The notes beneath the pieces were generated by a model. The model had not been told where the DNA came from, made no database searches, and saw nothing but the letters and a program-made list of their open reading frames with translations. From Octopus sinensis (lineage: Eukaryota), in assembly GCF_006345805.1 (NCBI RefSeq), contig NC_042997.1, positions 22,072,001-22,136,000 on the forward strand: DNA of 64,000 nt, read 5' to 3'. Positions 24,218 through 38,093 of the stretch are shown piece by piece. Position 1 is the stretch's first letter. Each line of letters opens with the position of its first letter. A program made the position numbers and the translations under genes.

Positions 24218-24545
24218 CGGGTCAGTCCCACTGCGAGGCACCTTGCGCAATTGTCTTCTACTATAACTTCGTGTCGACCAAAGCCTTGAGTAGATTTGGT
24301 AGATGGAAAGACAAAGAAGCCCGTCATACATTTATGTGTTTCTGTCTGTCTGTGTGTGCGTGTGAGTGAGGACTGCTTGACAACCGGTGTTGGTGTGTTT
24401 ACGTCCCGATAACTTAGCGCTTCAGCGAAAAGTACCTGATCGGATAAGTACCAAGGATTTAAAGAAATTTTGTTCAGGGATGGATTCTTCAAGGTGGTGC
24501 ACCAGCATGCCCGCAGTCTAATGATTGAAACAAGCAAAAGAATAA
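24218..24545 (+). mobile_element. SINE family B, 5'-truncated
   Basis: Starts at ccgggtcagtcccactgcg; same body and tail. Confidence 0.85.
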
Positions 24546-24999
24546 AAGAACAGTATATACAGGACTACACCATTCTAAATACACACACACACACACACGG
24601 CTCCATCCATGTTTAGACAGTTGTGTGTGCTTTGAATGACATTTACTTGCTATTCCTTGCAGAGCAAACGACTGCAAAGAGATTCCCTCGTTGACTTGTT
24701 TATACATGTATTGTACGCATGTCATAAAAATTTGATAATGAGTATCTTCTCAAAGACAACTGTCGCCAAGCCGACCAGTGATACATCTACTAAAACAGAA
24801 GAGGTTTTGATGAAGCAATAATGCAGTTTTCTCACAGTTTCCATATAAATTCATGCATTTATTTGTGTCTTTGGTGAACATCGACATGATTGTATCTGTT
24901 ATTTTTTCTATAGATTGAGACAATTTATTTTATTAATGCCTACTGCTTGAGCTGAATATTTACTCACACAGGTGCCTGAGGTTTGTATATATATACGTT

Positions 25000-25032
<33 letters not shown>

Positions 25033-25137
25033 GTATGAGGTTTGTATATTTATACGTATGTTAACATGATGGTTTGTGTATTTGTGGAGTTCTGTGTGTT
25101 GGGCTGTGTGAGTATATGTATTTGTATGAATTTTACC

Positions 25138-25191
<54 letters not shown>

Positions 25192-25504
25192 GTATATATA
25201 TATATATACATGTGTGTGTGTGTACATGTAATTATGTATATGCGTACTTGCGTCTGTGTCTCTGTATATGCATGTGTATGCGTATGAGTGTTTGTGTCTG
25301 TGTCGCTGTGTGCTCGGTAATTCCTTTTCATTTTACTTTCAATGAAAATAAAGAAAAATCTTCATGTCCACAATCTAAATACTGTCCTCTGTGTATTAAT
25401 TTCTTTCAAACACTTGTTTCGTTTTGATTTCCGATATTTTAATGGGTTTTTATTTGTTATTAATTTTTCCTTTTTGTCTTCACTTGTGTTTGTTTTTCTT
25501 CTTT

Positions 25505-25867
25505 TTCCCTCTCTCTCCCTCTCACTCTCACACACACTCTCTCCTACTATCTATCTCTCTTTCTCTCTTTCTCTCCCTCTCTCTCACTCTCACTCTCACA
25601 CACTCTCTCTTCTACTATCTATCTCTCTTTCTCTCCCTCTTTCTCTCCTACTATATATCTCTCTTTCTCTCTTTCTCTCACTCTCTCTCTCCTACTATAT
25701 ATCTCCCTCTCTCTCTATCCTACAATATATCTCTCTTTCTCTCCCTCTCTCTCTCTCTATCCGACTATCTATCTCTCTTTCTCTCCTTCTCTCTCTCTCT
25801 CTTTATCCTACTATCTATCTCTCTTTCTCTCTCCCTCTCTCTAGCCTACTATCTATCTCTCTTTCTA

Positions 25868-25905
<38 letters not shown>

Positions 25906-25973
25906 TCTCTCTCTCCCTCTCTCTCTCTCCCTCCCTCTCTCTCTCCCTCTCTCTAGCCTACTATCTATCTCTC

Positions 25974-26019
<46 letters not shown>

Positions 26020-26051
26020 CCTCTCTCTCTATCCTACAATATATCTCTCTT

Positions 26052-26113
<62 letters not shown>

Positions 26114-26158
26114 GTCTGTCTGTCTGTCTGTCTGCCTGTCTCTCTCTCTCTCTCTCTC

Positions 26159-26248
<90 letters not shown>
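25505..26248. repeat. ~750-bp (CT)n-rich tract with a recurring ctactatctatctc unit
   Basis: Direct reading; about 10 copies of the interrupting motif. Confidence 0.95.
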
Positions 26249-26249
<1 letters not shown>

Positions 26250-27346
26250 AAAGTAGATAAAAATGTATTCGAATCGTATTAGTTTTGTTTTCTGTTGATG
26301 CCTAAAGAAGATAACATTTGCATATTGAAAGCGATTCTGGGACACAATATATAAATAAATTATTGTTTTTCACCAGATCTGATAAAAGACATCTGTCGCC
26401 AAACCATCCCGCCAAACCCCTAAATGATCTTGTTCTTTGTTGGTTGTTGTTTTTCTCTCTTTCGTTGATACAGCTACTAAGGCAAGGGATATTTTGATGA
26501 CGCATTTTTATCAAGTCAGCTTTCTTCATTCTCGTTGGATAGTGTGTTAAGGGTTAGATCAATATTTGGCTTGACACAGACACACGCGAATACACAAATA
26601 ATCACGCACGTACACACACGCGCACGCGCATTTATTTGTGTGTGAAAATAAACGCCGTTGTTGGCAAGGATGAGAGTCCACCATTTTACATTTTTCTGGG
26701 ACTAATGACCGGTCATAATAAACTCGAAAACTTTTATCAGAGTGAGAAGACAGGTATTAATACAAATTTACATACATACATACATACTTACATAAATACA
26801 TACATAGAGATGTATATACATGCGCACGCACACACATGCACACACACACACACATACTCACACACACACATGCACACACACACACACACATACTCACACA
26901 CACACGCACGCACACACGTACATACTAACATATATATACATAACTGATTGTGGTAGGGAAGACATTATATATATATTTCTTTACTACACACAGGAGGCTA
27001 AACACAGAGGAGACAAACAAGGACAGACAAACGGATTAAGTCGATTACATCGACCCCAGTGCGTAACTGGTACTTAATTTATCGACCCCAAAAGGATGAA
27101 AGGCGAATCTTATAATGTTCAGCTTCCCTGTGAACATTTCTTCCAAAACTAATAAGAAAGAAAATATCTATATACAACTTGACTCGGAATCTGCAGCTTC
27201 TTCAGACTGATTATAGATACCTTTTTTTTTTACCTGTTATCTTTGTTGCGCTCCGTTTTGTCATTAAGTACCCAAGTACTAATTTCGAAACGCTGGAGTT
27301 TAGAGATAAAAAATAAAATAAGACAATTTAACATGCATGTAAGAAA

Positions 27347-27859
27347 TCTATATATATAAAACTCTAGTTGTGTGAGTGTCTGTCCCCTTCGATTTAGATT
27401 CCTAACTACTCCCACATTTTGCGGTGCAGTTTAACCAAATTCGGGTATCTTATAGTCGTGATTCATATCGAGCCCGTCTGAGTATTAGCGCGCGTCTACG
27501 ATGAGTCTACGATTTTAAAAATAATTTAACATCATTTTTTATTCCATTTTAATGCATAATTTTTCGTGTGTCGATGGCGGCGGAGTTGGCGTCCATGGTC
27601 ACACCTGCACCTGTTTGCTTCTCCCCCTTCTTCCCTCCCACGTGAAGCTGTGGGGAAGGGAGTGTAAGGAAATCAACGTCGTAAAGCGTTGTCAAGGAGA
27701 CCAGCGTTCTTTTAGAACAACGACTTCATGGCTTGAAGACACCAAAACAGAAATGGCTAAGAAAGCTCGAATAGGCATCTATAAGGGAAGTAACTCTCTA
27801 AATATGTTTATATAGTTATTTCCCTTACAAACCCGAGCAACGCCGGGCGATACTGCTAG
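27347..27859 (+). mobile_element. Non-autonomous Helitron, 513 bp, both ends intact
   Basis: A|TCtatatatataaaa start; hairpin cccgagcaacgccggg and gatactgCTAG|T end. Confidence 0.88.
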
Positions 27860-28516
27860 TTTTATCTGTAGAAAAAAGCAGTAAAAATATGAATTGCTTT
27901 TCAAGACTTCATCATGTCACTTTTCATAATTATTTTTACGAAACTCCAACGATGTAGTTTTGTTCGTTTATAAGAAGGATGTAATGATATTTTTTTAAGC
28001 GTTAACACACATACACATAGTTTCTACGATCAGATTATAAATTCACATTAATACAAATAATAATTGATGAACTTGGTTTTGTGAATAAACATCTAAGTGA
28101 CAATTTGAAAAGGCTGAGGTTTTCAGAAAAAAAATCAGTCACCTAATACGGTCTGTAAGCGGAAAAGTATAAATATGCAAGGTTTCTCTCAATTTGGCTT
28201 CTGTGATCTATTTTCAATAGGGCTTTGTACTGTTGATAAAAATCATCTCCTTCGTTACAGGTTGCTTTCAAATAATCAAAAATAGAAGAGACTATACGTA
28301 TATATATACATACATTATTTTTACTAAACTCCAACGATGAGGTTTTGTACGTTTATAAGAAGGATATAATGATCTTTTATTTTAAACGTTAACATATATA
28401 CACATAGTTTCTACGATCACCTAATGACAACACGGAGCGCAACAAAGATAATAGGTAAAAAAACCATATAAACATATAATCAGTCTGAGGCTGCAGATTT
28501 CGAGTCAAGACTATAC

Positions 28517-28547
<31 letters not shown>

Positions 28548-28580
28548 CATACATACATACATACATACATACATACATAC

Positions 28581-29690
28581 CACACAAAGAATGTTACAAG
28601 TGCCTAGGCATAGATGAAAATGTATCATATGAAGGTATTGTGACTAAAGATAGTGACCGAGAATATTACACCAGACTTAAGAAAATATGGCAGTCGGAAC
28701 TCTCCTCTTACAACAAAATATCCCACAAGGCATTTGCAGTACCAGTGCTAGTCCCAACATTTGGGAGACTTGATTAGTCTGTAGAGGAAATCCACTCCAT
28801 AGATATCGAAACCCGCAAAATCCTGACAACAAATGGGAACTTCCACAGAAACAGTGATATTAACAGGCTCTCTCTAAGAAGAAATGAAGGTGGTAGAGGC
28901 CTGAGATCAGCGCAGACGGCCTTCGAATGCCGTATGGTATCACTCAGGTAGCACCAACTGAACAACAGCAGCAAAAATAAGTATATAAATGCAGTGCTGA
29001 AAAGTGAAGTGAGCAACATTGCACGAGTTGCTTCCTGGTGATCTATATAACTCAAAATAGCTGGGTTCTCTTACCTCAGAGAAGACCTGGATGGAAAGCA
29101 CTCAGCATACAAAAAAAGACTATGCATGTGTATGTTGCCCGGAAGCTTGAAGAAGACAGTAGAATTGGCACGGAGCGCAGCCTCTCTTGGACACAAGACC
29201 ACTACATCACATTACACTTTGAAGGCTATGCGTTTGCAATCCAGGAACAGGAGATTGCCACAAAGTGCCTGATGAAGAAGAGAGACAGTGACGCTATTGT
29301 AATCTCAAGGTGCAACCACGTGTGTAGGCTGTGTCATGTTTCTGTGGAAGACAGCTGTCCTAAAATGTCGTCACTGTACTACCTCCTTATGCGGCACGGT
29401 GTCGTTGCTAAAACAATTTACAATGCCATCCGCAAAAAGACTATCGTGAAATAAACTTAGAAAATCTCTCTGTTATGGAATACATTCAGAAACACCAACT
29501 CAAGGAATACTGGTGCAATATTCCCATCAAAACTTCTGTCAAATGTAAACATAACAGGCCGGATATTGTTATTTGGGACGGAGGGGCAAATGTATGTAAC
29601 ATCATAGATGTCAGCTGAAGATAGATTGTTAAATGTTGCACTCCACACACAGGTCCAAACTAGCGTCAGGGTGATTGGGCTCAATTCTAG
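28581..29690 (+). mobile_element. R4/Dong-like LINE fragment (RT C-terminus, zinc knuckle, RLE), pseudogenised
   Basis: CYKCLGIDEN, LKKIWQSELSSYNK, AFAVPVLVPTFG, SDINRLSLRRNEGGRGL, CRLC..SCP..RHGVVAK, HNRPDIVIWD. Starts directly after (CATA)n. Confidence 0.88.
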
Positions 29691-30265
29691 AGGGTTTTTC
29701 AATGTTTTTCTTATGTTTATATGCATTACAAGTTAACAAAATAACTATATATTCAGAGCTCCATTTCTTTCAAGCGATGAGCTAGAATCGCTGGGAAGAA
29801 TGTTCAACAACTGTTTCATCGTGTTTATACGGGACTATCAATTAAATACGGTTTAAATTGAATAAAATACTTCCTACAGAGATGTAACTTTTATGAAGCG
29901 ATATTGCAGTTTATTTATGTCAACCATCGAGACAAAGAGCAGAAATATCAGGATTATTTGCTATTTAAACACGCTCGTCTATGTTTCATATCTGAAGGTT
30001 TTATGTTGTTCACGACTTTCAAAGCTTCTAACTGAGCGCTATATATTTAACTCCTGGAGCGAAAATACAGTTCTCAATGAAATCTACAACATTCAGTAAA
30101 AACATGATCCTCCAGAGTCTTCCAATCTTTTATAATAGGCTATATATATATATCAATAATTTCTTTTGAGATTTCTTGAGAGACTTTGGCTACTTTTGAA
30201 TCGATACGGACAATATCAATATCAATATAATATAAATGTATGTGTGTATATATGTGTGTGTGTGG

Positions 30266-30305
<40 letters not shown>

Positions 30306-30572
30306 CTTCACATTATACAATGAAACCAGCACGATTCTCGAGTGCAGCACCATAGTATTCTCCCTTAAATATATTCATAGAGGCGGTTAACCTTTGCTTC
30401 GATCGTAAAGGAACGTGCATGTGCATCTGAAACATGAATTTTTTCCGTCTCGTGTCTGCACTAAGCTGCTGTTGAGACTGATGCACCCGCTGTTGTTACT
30501 AGAGGTGCTATTCTTATCGGTCGGTATTGTTGTTGCAGCTGCTATTACTGCTGCTGCTGCTGCTGCTGCTGC

Positions 30573-30603
<31 letters not shown>

Positions 30604-30871
30604 GCTGTTGTTGTTGTTGTTGTTGTTGTTGTTGCTGCTGCTATTTGGTGGTGATGGTGGGTAAAACTGGTAGAACTGGCTGAACGTGGGGTAAGCTTCT
30701 TTATGGCATTTAGTTAGGTCCCTGTACTTTCTGAGTTCAAATCTCGCGGAAATCAACTTTTACTTTCCTTCTTCTGAGGAGAGGCCAATAAGATAGAAAG
30801 AAACAGTGAGTTACAGTGAGTTCGTTTGGTAATCATATAAAGCATCTTAAGTGCGAATGGAGTTGTAATGG

Positions 30872-31246
30872 ATGAAGGAGAAGAAGAAGAAGAAGAAGAA
30901 GAAGAAAAGAAGAAGAAGAAGAAGAAGAAGAAGAAGAAGAAGAGAAGAAGGAAGAATAAGAGAAGAAGAAGAAGAAGAAGAAGAAGAAGAGAACAAGAAC
31001 AAAGAGTCAGAAGAGAAGAAGAAGAAGAAGAAGAAGAAGAAGAAGAAGAAGCAGAGAAGAAGAAGAAGAAGGAAGAAGAACAAGAAGAAGAACAAGAGAA
31101 GATCATAAGAGAAGAAGAAGAAGAAGAAGAAGCAGAAGAAGAAGAAGAAGAAGAAGAAAAGAAGCAGAAGAAGAAGAAGAAGAAGAAGAAGAAGAAGAAG
31201 AAGAAGAAGAAGAAGCAGAAGAAGAAGAAGAAGAAGAAGAAGAAGA
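30872..31246. repeat. (AAG)n trinucleotide array
   Basis: Direct reading. Confidence 0.97.
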
Positions 31247-31420
31247 CTGTATCAATAATTTTTCTGGCTTCGATAAAATATGTATCAGCCAAGTACTAGG
31301 GTCGATTACATTGATTATGATATACTTGTGTCAATGTGCCAGTCTAAGAAATATTCATTGTTGCTTTTGTTGCACTGGAATCTCTTTAGTTGGCTACATA
31401 CTTTTCCTTCACATGCTCTT

Positions 31421-31483
<63 letters not shown>

Positions 31484-34344
31484 GTGCGTGTGTGTGTCAC
31501 TTGTTGCTTAATTCCGGTTAGTTAACCCTGATCAAGTGGATTTATTATCAAAAGTATCTCAGCTACGAACATTTTATCTTTTCAGGGGCATATCTAGAAC
31601 TCACATTATCCAAGGTGTCCTTTCTTTTCTTAAAGGGGCAAGCCTTGATTTGAGAGGCATTTGGTTTCAATATTTAACAGTTTAATTGACCACATAGAAC
31701 GTCTCTTCTTGTTGTTGTCGTCGTCGTCGTCGTTGTTGTTGTTGTTTTTCTTGCTGCTGCTGCTGCTGCAGCTGTTGTTGTTGTTTGGCAAAACAATTGA
31801 ACCCAGAATGCAAAGATTCGGAACAAATACAGCAAAGCATTTTCCCGACGATAATAACGATTTTGTTAACTCGTCGTCTTGGCTTCTGATTAAAGCAGAA
31901 GGGGATTAGTCGATACCACCGCCTCCAGTTCTTGACTGGTACTTTATTTTATTGTAACTGGATAAAAATGCTAAGTTGTGCTTGGAGGGATTTGAACGCA
32001 GAACAAAAAGAACAGGAAGAAGTACCACAAGGCATCCGGTTTAACACTTGCAATTTAGATCATAAAGCTAGCAATTTTGTTGGGTGGTGGTCAGTATTTG
32101 ACTGGTACTTTATGTTATCAATCTCGGAAGAATGAAAGCAAAAATTAACTTTTGTAGGATTTGAACTGTAAAGAGCCAGAACCAATGTGACAAGCCATTT
32201 TATCCGACGTCCTAACATTTCTGTCACTTCACCGCCATTAATAAATAACAGTCAGCAGTCTATTTGGCGCTCTTAACGATTCTGAAAAATCTACAAAGTC
32301 AACTCAATAAAAAATCAATTAAATCGATTTCGAATATTGTATTGGCTATCATTTTCTTAACCTGAAGGGATGAAAGTAGGGGAAGAATTTAGGCATAAGC
32401 CAAACAAGTTACAATTGGTGTCGGTCTCTGAAAAATCTCAGAATTGTTTTTCATTCTTTATAGTTTAATCAAAATTTTTATCTAACAAACGATTTCACCT
32501 GATTAATATTATTAGCAATATTTATTAAAAAATTAGAACATTATCAAATATTATTATTTACGCTATTTTGTAAGAGTTCATTACTTTATAATTATGTTTA
32601 AATATCAATTCATATGTGATTTAATTACATAGTTTTTTTATCTTTGTTTCCTGGTGGCTATTTTGTTTTACCTATGATGGTGTTTCTTATTATATTTCTA
32701 TATTTATAATTCCATATTAATTTTATTAATTTTCATATGAAATTAATAATTTGAAAATATTTTTTAAACTATTTTACTCTTAGGAATTAAATTCAGCCAA
32801 TCGACTTACTGGGAACGAATTTGTAATATTATTTAAATATTGATCCTTCCGGCTTTACGTTCGTCTCTACGTTCTGAATTCAAATTCGCCGAGGTCGACT
32901 TTGCCTTGTATCCTTTCGGGGTTGATGAAATAAGTACCAGTTCAGCACTGGGGTCGATGCAATCGATTAGCTTCCTTCTCTAAAATTTCAGCCCATGTGC
33001 CTATAATATAAATAATTATTTAAATATTGATTAAGGTGGTAGATTTGCGGACTTACTCGGTCAAAATATCTTCTGATTTTCGTCCCGGCTCTTTTCATCT
33101 AGATTTCAAATCCCACAGAGATCAACTTTGCCTCGTGTATTGGACCTTCAAGGAAGATGATACAAAGGGACGGAAGGAGAAAGAAAGGGCGAGAGAGAAG
33201 AAATATCTCTAGTACTTAAGAGGTGGCATATTAATTTCTTTATTACCCACAAGGGGCTAAACACAGAGAGGACAAACAAGGACAGACAAATGGATGAAGT
33301 CGATTACATCGGCCCCAGTGCGTAACTGGTACTTATTTAATCGACCCCGAAAGAATGAAAGGCAAAGTCGACCCCGGCGGAATTTGAACTCAGAAGGTAG
33401 CGGCAGACGAAATACGGCTATGCATTTCGCCCGGTCTGCTAACTATTCTACCAGCTCGCCGCCTATAAATTACTGGTATTATACCTAAATACGAGACCAT
33501 AAAGAGCGACGGAGGAAATACTTTGCGGTATTTCTTCCGACTCGATACGTTCTGAGTTCAAATTACGCCGATGTTGACCTTGCCTTTCAACCTTTCGGGG
33601 TCGATATGTTAAGTACCATTGAAACACTGGAGTCGATGTAATCAATTGGAACCCCACAACACACATACGCACACACCGACAATTTCAGGCCTGGTACCTA
33701 TAGTAGAAAAGATTATTATTAATATTGGCTACGAACTGGCAGAAACGTTAACGTGTCGGGCAAAGTGTTTAGAGGTATTTCTATCGGTTTTTATGTTCTG
33801 AGATCAAATCTGCCGAGATCGCCTTACCTTTTATCCTGTCGGATTCGATAAAATTAGTATCACCCAAGCACTGTTGTCGATGTAATCGATTTCGTCTTTC
33901 CTTAAAATTTTTAGCTTTGTACCGAAATTAGAAAGTGGTAGTAGTAGTAGTAGTAGTTGCTGTTGTTGTTGTTGTTGTTGCTCCTGCTGCTGCTGCTGCT
34001 GCTGTTGTTGTTGAGTGTCGTTAATATTCTGCATAAAACAATTTTAAAATATGGAAACATTTTTCTAGAGATTAAAGGCTAAAAACATGACCTAAATAAT
34101 ACAAGCAAGTGTTACTAGCATCGCTATCAAAGAATGTTGAGACTATCACGTCCTGATAGACTATATAGGACTAAGAACTGAAATATCAGTCTAAAATCTA
34201 GTTATATCTTCTTAACATCTGTAAATAGTTAGGGCTACAAGCTGTCTCAGCCAGGCTGTTTACAAATTATTAGAATTAGGAAATTGAGCATAAAGATGCT
34301 AAAATGTAGTGAGTCAAGAAACTTTTATTAAACAGAATTACATC

Positions 34345-34530
34345 CGGTGGAAGACCTAAGGGTAGATCACGAGGGAAATGGTTGGATAATATCATAATCT
34401 CGTTGGTCACACTTGAGTATTCAACCGGGACATTTACTGTGGCCTTTGCTTCTGATAGGCCCTTCTGGCAGGCGTGTCTGAGAACTTTGACCCCAAGACA
34501 CACACGGAAATAATAATTTACGAATGTGGA
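34345..34530 (+). mobile_element. Old RTE-like LINE 3' remnant
   Basis: GGRPKGRSRGKWLDNI..ASDRPFWQACLRTLTPRHTRK*. Confidence 0.6.
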
Positions 34531-34629
34531 TGGATGAGGATAAAAACCTTGTTATATTAATGACCAAGGAAAGCAGGGAAGCCAACGTAGGATTTAAACG
34601 TAGGATTTAAAATAATTAAAGATATATTA

Positions 34630-35299
34630 TAAAGATTGTGTTCAGCATGCACCCAATCAGTGTCCGGGCATTGCCGACTTGTGGATTTATGTCGAACAGC
34701 TGCTATTGCATGTAGGACGGACCGTCTGTCAATCGAGTCCATAATGATTGCCCTGCCACCCTCCTTTAATCTGGCAGGCAAGGCAGTTTTCCTTTGTCTG
34801 GTGGCTCTGGCGAAAGAAGTTATCTGGTGGACGAGGCTGAAAGGAATGAGGACAGAAACATTCTTCTTTGGTAAAGCCTTCCTCGACGTTTTCAAGTTTC
34901 ACTTGGAAAGGAAAGTGAGGGTGGAGTGGGGGTGCTGTCCTTGAGTGACTTTATGAAAAGTTGAGTGAAAGCTGGGAAAATTGCTACTACCACCGAGATC
35001 TGCACTCGCTGTTGGCTTCAACCGTGATTGAAAAAAAGGGATTTGGAGAGAGCACTCGTCCTTGGTATTCAGGGTGGTCTTGGGTGGTGAGGTTCCTCGA
35101 CTATCCCTAGAGGTCAACTTGTATCAGGATGACCCAATCACTATCACTTTTTTCTTCTAGTGCCGAATACTATGTATACTTCCGTATTTTCAATGTGTAC
35201 TGTATGTACTCCCACTCCCGCCATTATATGTAAACCACCTCACTTTATCTCTATCTTTGTATTGTCCCCTTCACCCTTCAGCCTGGTAGTAAATAAAAG

Positions 35300-35303
<4 letters not shown>
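34630..35303 (+). mobile_element. Tx1/L1-clade LINE 3' fragment with (ATC)n tail
   Basis: ESIMIALPPSFNLAGKAVFLCLVALAKEVIWWTRLK is homologous to ESIIKIVPPPSVNREEQACFLSVVAIAKEVVWKTRVK at 44792-45103; ends aataaaagaaat(cat)n. Confidence 0.8.
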
Positions 35304-35333
<30 letters not shown>

Positions 35334-35414
35334 AATCATCATCATCATCATCTTTATTGTTATTATTATTGAGTGAGAGAGAAGTGCTATTATTATTATT
35401 ATTATTGAGTGAGA

Positions 35415-35700
35415 GATTTTGCCTTTCATCCTTTCGGGGTCGATAAATTAAGTACCAATTACGCACTGGGGTCGATATAATCGACTTAATCCGTTTGTCT
35501 GTCTTTGTCCTCTCTGTGTTTTGCCCCTTGTGGGTAGTAAAGAAATAGGTATTTTGCCTATCGCTACGTTCTAAGTTCAAATTCCACCGAGGTCGACTTT
35601 GCCTTTCATCCTTTCGGGGACGACAAATTAAGTACCAGTTGAACACTGGCGTCGATGTAATCGACTTATCCCCTCCCCAAAAAATGGCTCCTCTTGTTGC
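35415..35700 (+). mobile_element. SINE family A dimer, 5'-truncated
   Basis: Two Nin-domain units joined at gtaaagaaata|ggtattttg. Confidence 0.85.
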
Positions 35701-35765
35701 AAGATTCGAATCCGTTGTTGCTGCTGCTGCTGCTGCTGTTGTTGTTGCTGTTGTTGTTGTGTTGT

Positions 35766-35811
<46 letters not shown>

Positions 35812-35864
35812 GGTGGTGGTGGTGGTGGTGTTGGTGGTGGTGATGAGGATGATGATGATGATAA

Positions 35865-36175
35865 TCTCCGAGAGTCTCTCCAGGTCAAGCGGCTGCTTAT
35901 CCACATTGTGAGGCCACAGCTCCGGTACTACGTACTTGTGACTAGCATGTTACAGGAAAGAATTCCAAGATGCATTCTTCAAGACAAGCCAACGGGCAGA
36001 AGACCTAGAGGTAGACCAAGAAGGAAATGGTTGGATAATATCTACCGTCTCGGTCGCGCCGTCTGAACCCAGCCGGAAAATCTAAAGACTAGACCCAATG
36101 GAGGAGGTACATGAGGACTTTACATCCACAACCCTCCAAGCAATTGTGGGTGGAGAAGATGAATGGTTATTGATG
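35865..36175 (+). mobile_element. RTE-like LINE 3' remnant
   Basis: QERIPRCILQDKPTGRRPRGRPRRKWLDNI followed by a (GAT)n tail. Confidence 0.7.
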
Positions 36176-37347
36176 ATGATGTTGTTATTAATGTTGTTGT
36201 TATTTTTTAGGTCCAGGTCAACCTTAACGGAGTAAACCCATGATCGAAGACGTTCCACCTGAGACCATCTTGTCCTTTTCTTGAGCTTTATGTATCTAGA
36301 ACTACATTATTCGATATGTCTCTCTCTTTTCAAGATGTTACTCTGTAATTTCAGGAAGATTTGATTTCTAGTAGATCAAGTGGCCACATAGAGCCTCCTT
36401 CGTTGTTGACTCGCATAATCGTATTTACCTGTTCCTATATTGTTTCATGTAATCTTAATAATATCTCACATAGTCGATTCCATTAACACCGTTATATACT
36501 ATTTAATTACATTATTGATCCGACAGGGTTCGGATGAAAAATAAGATCGTCACAGGTGGCGCTTCTATTCAGATTTTAGTTGAACAAAACTAAAAGCTAC
36601 AGGACATTTAGTCCGATGCTTTACCATTCCATTCACGCCGCTTTAATGTAATTTTCCCCATTTCTTTCAACACCACCCATTTATAAGCAAGAACTGTAAT
36701 CGACTGAATTGAACCACATTATATCATAATCAACAATATTATACTCCTAGTAATTATTTAATCAACCTCGAATACGGTAAACAGAGCGAAGTCAAACTTG
36801 AACTCAGTATGAGAAACGACTTAAACTAAATACCGTAAAATATTAGTCCAGCATTGTAATCACTTCGACCACTTCACTGCCGCCCGTTTTTACCTTATTA
36901 TTATGGTCAGCATAATTTTCTATTGATATTGACAGTGGCCAACATTCACATTACTTAATCATATTTATTTCTACTCGTAAGTTAATATTTTTCAGTTTAC
37001 GAATGAATGGAGAATTATTGAAACGGCTTTTGTTTCCTCCTAGTCATATGAATCACTCATAGTAACCAAACACAAAAGAAAACTTTCGGAAAATAATAGG
37101 AAGATTGCGTGAATAGATATTCAACATGAAAGCAGCATAGGAAATCGGCAAACTACCACGAGAGCAGCTTCGTATGTTACGCAAGATAGTCATTATGGAG
37201 ATAGCAAAAGCGTAGTACTTAACATTTTGGTAATTCTGAAGTTTAACATTGGATTACGTTTAAGGTAATATGAATTTAAGATGTGTAATACACATGCAAA
37301 CATATGCTAAATATATGGTATATATATATACACACATATATATATAA

Positions 37348-37464
<117 letters not shown>

Positions 37465-37513
37465 TGAGTGAGTGTGTGAGTGAAAGACATGCATGTATAC
37501 TTTTTTTTATTGT

Positions 37514-37903
37514 TTTACTTGTTTCAGTCATTTGACTGCGGTCATGCTGGAGCACTGCCTTTAGTCGAGCAAATCAACCCCGGGACTTATTCTTTGTAAG
37601 CCCCGTATTTATTCTATCGGTCTATTTTTGCCGAACCGCTAGGTGACAGGGACGTAAACACACCAGCATCGGTTGTCAAGCAATGCTAGGGGGACAAACT
37701 CAGATACACAAACACACATACATATATATATACATATATACGACAGGCTTCTTTCAGTTTCCGTCTACCAAATCCACTCACAAGGCATTGGTCGGCCCGG
37801 GGCTATAGCAGAAGACACTTGCCCAAGATGCCACGCAGTGGGACTGAACCCGGAACCATGTGGTTGGTTAGCAAGCTACTTACCACAAAGCCACTCCTGC
37901 GCC
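37514..37903 (-). mobile_element. SINE family B, full length
   Basis: Reverse complement of the 7293-7696 family. Confidence 0.9.
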
Positions 37904-38062
37904 TATACATACATATATATTCTTTTTCTTGTTTCCGTCATTAAGCTGTGGCCATGATGGGGTACCACCTGGAGGAATTTTAGCCGAACGAGTCGACCAC
38001 AGAACTAATTTCTTCTTAAGCCTGGTACTTATTCTATCGGTCTCTTACGCCGAACGGCTTAC

Positions 38063-38093
<31 letters not shown>

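Noticed and set aside
30868-31299. 143-aa poly-E/K/R ORF
   Set aside because: Translation of an (AAG)n array; no splice or domain evidence.
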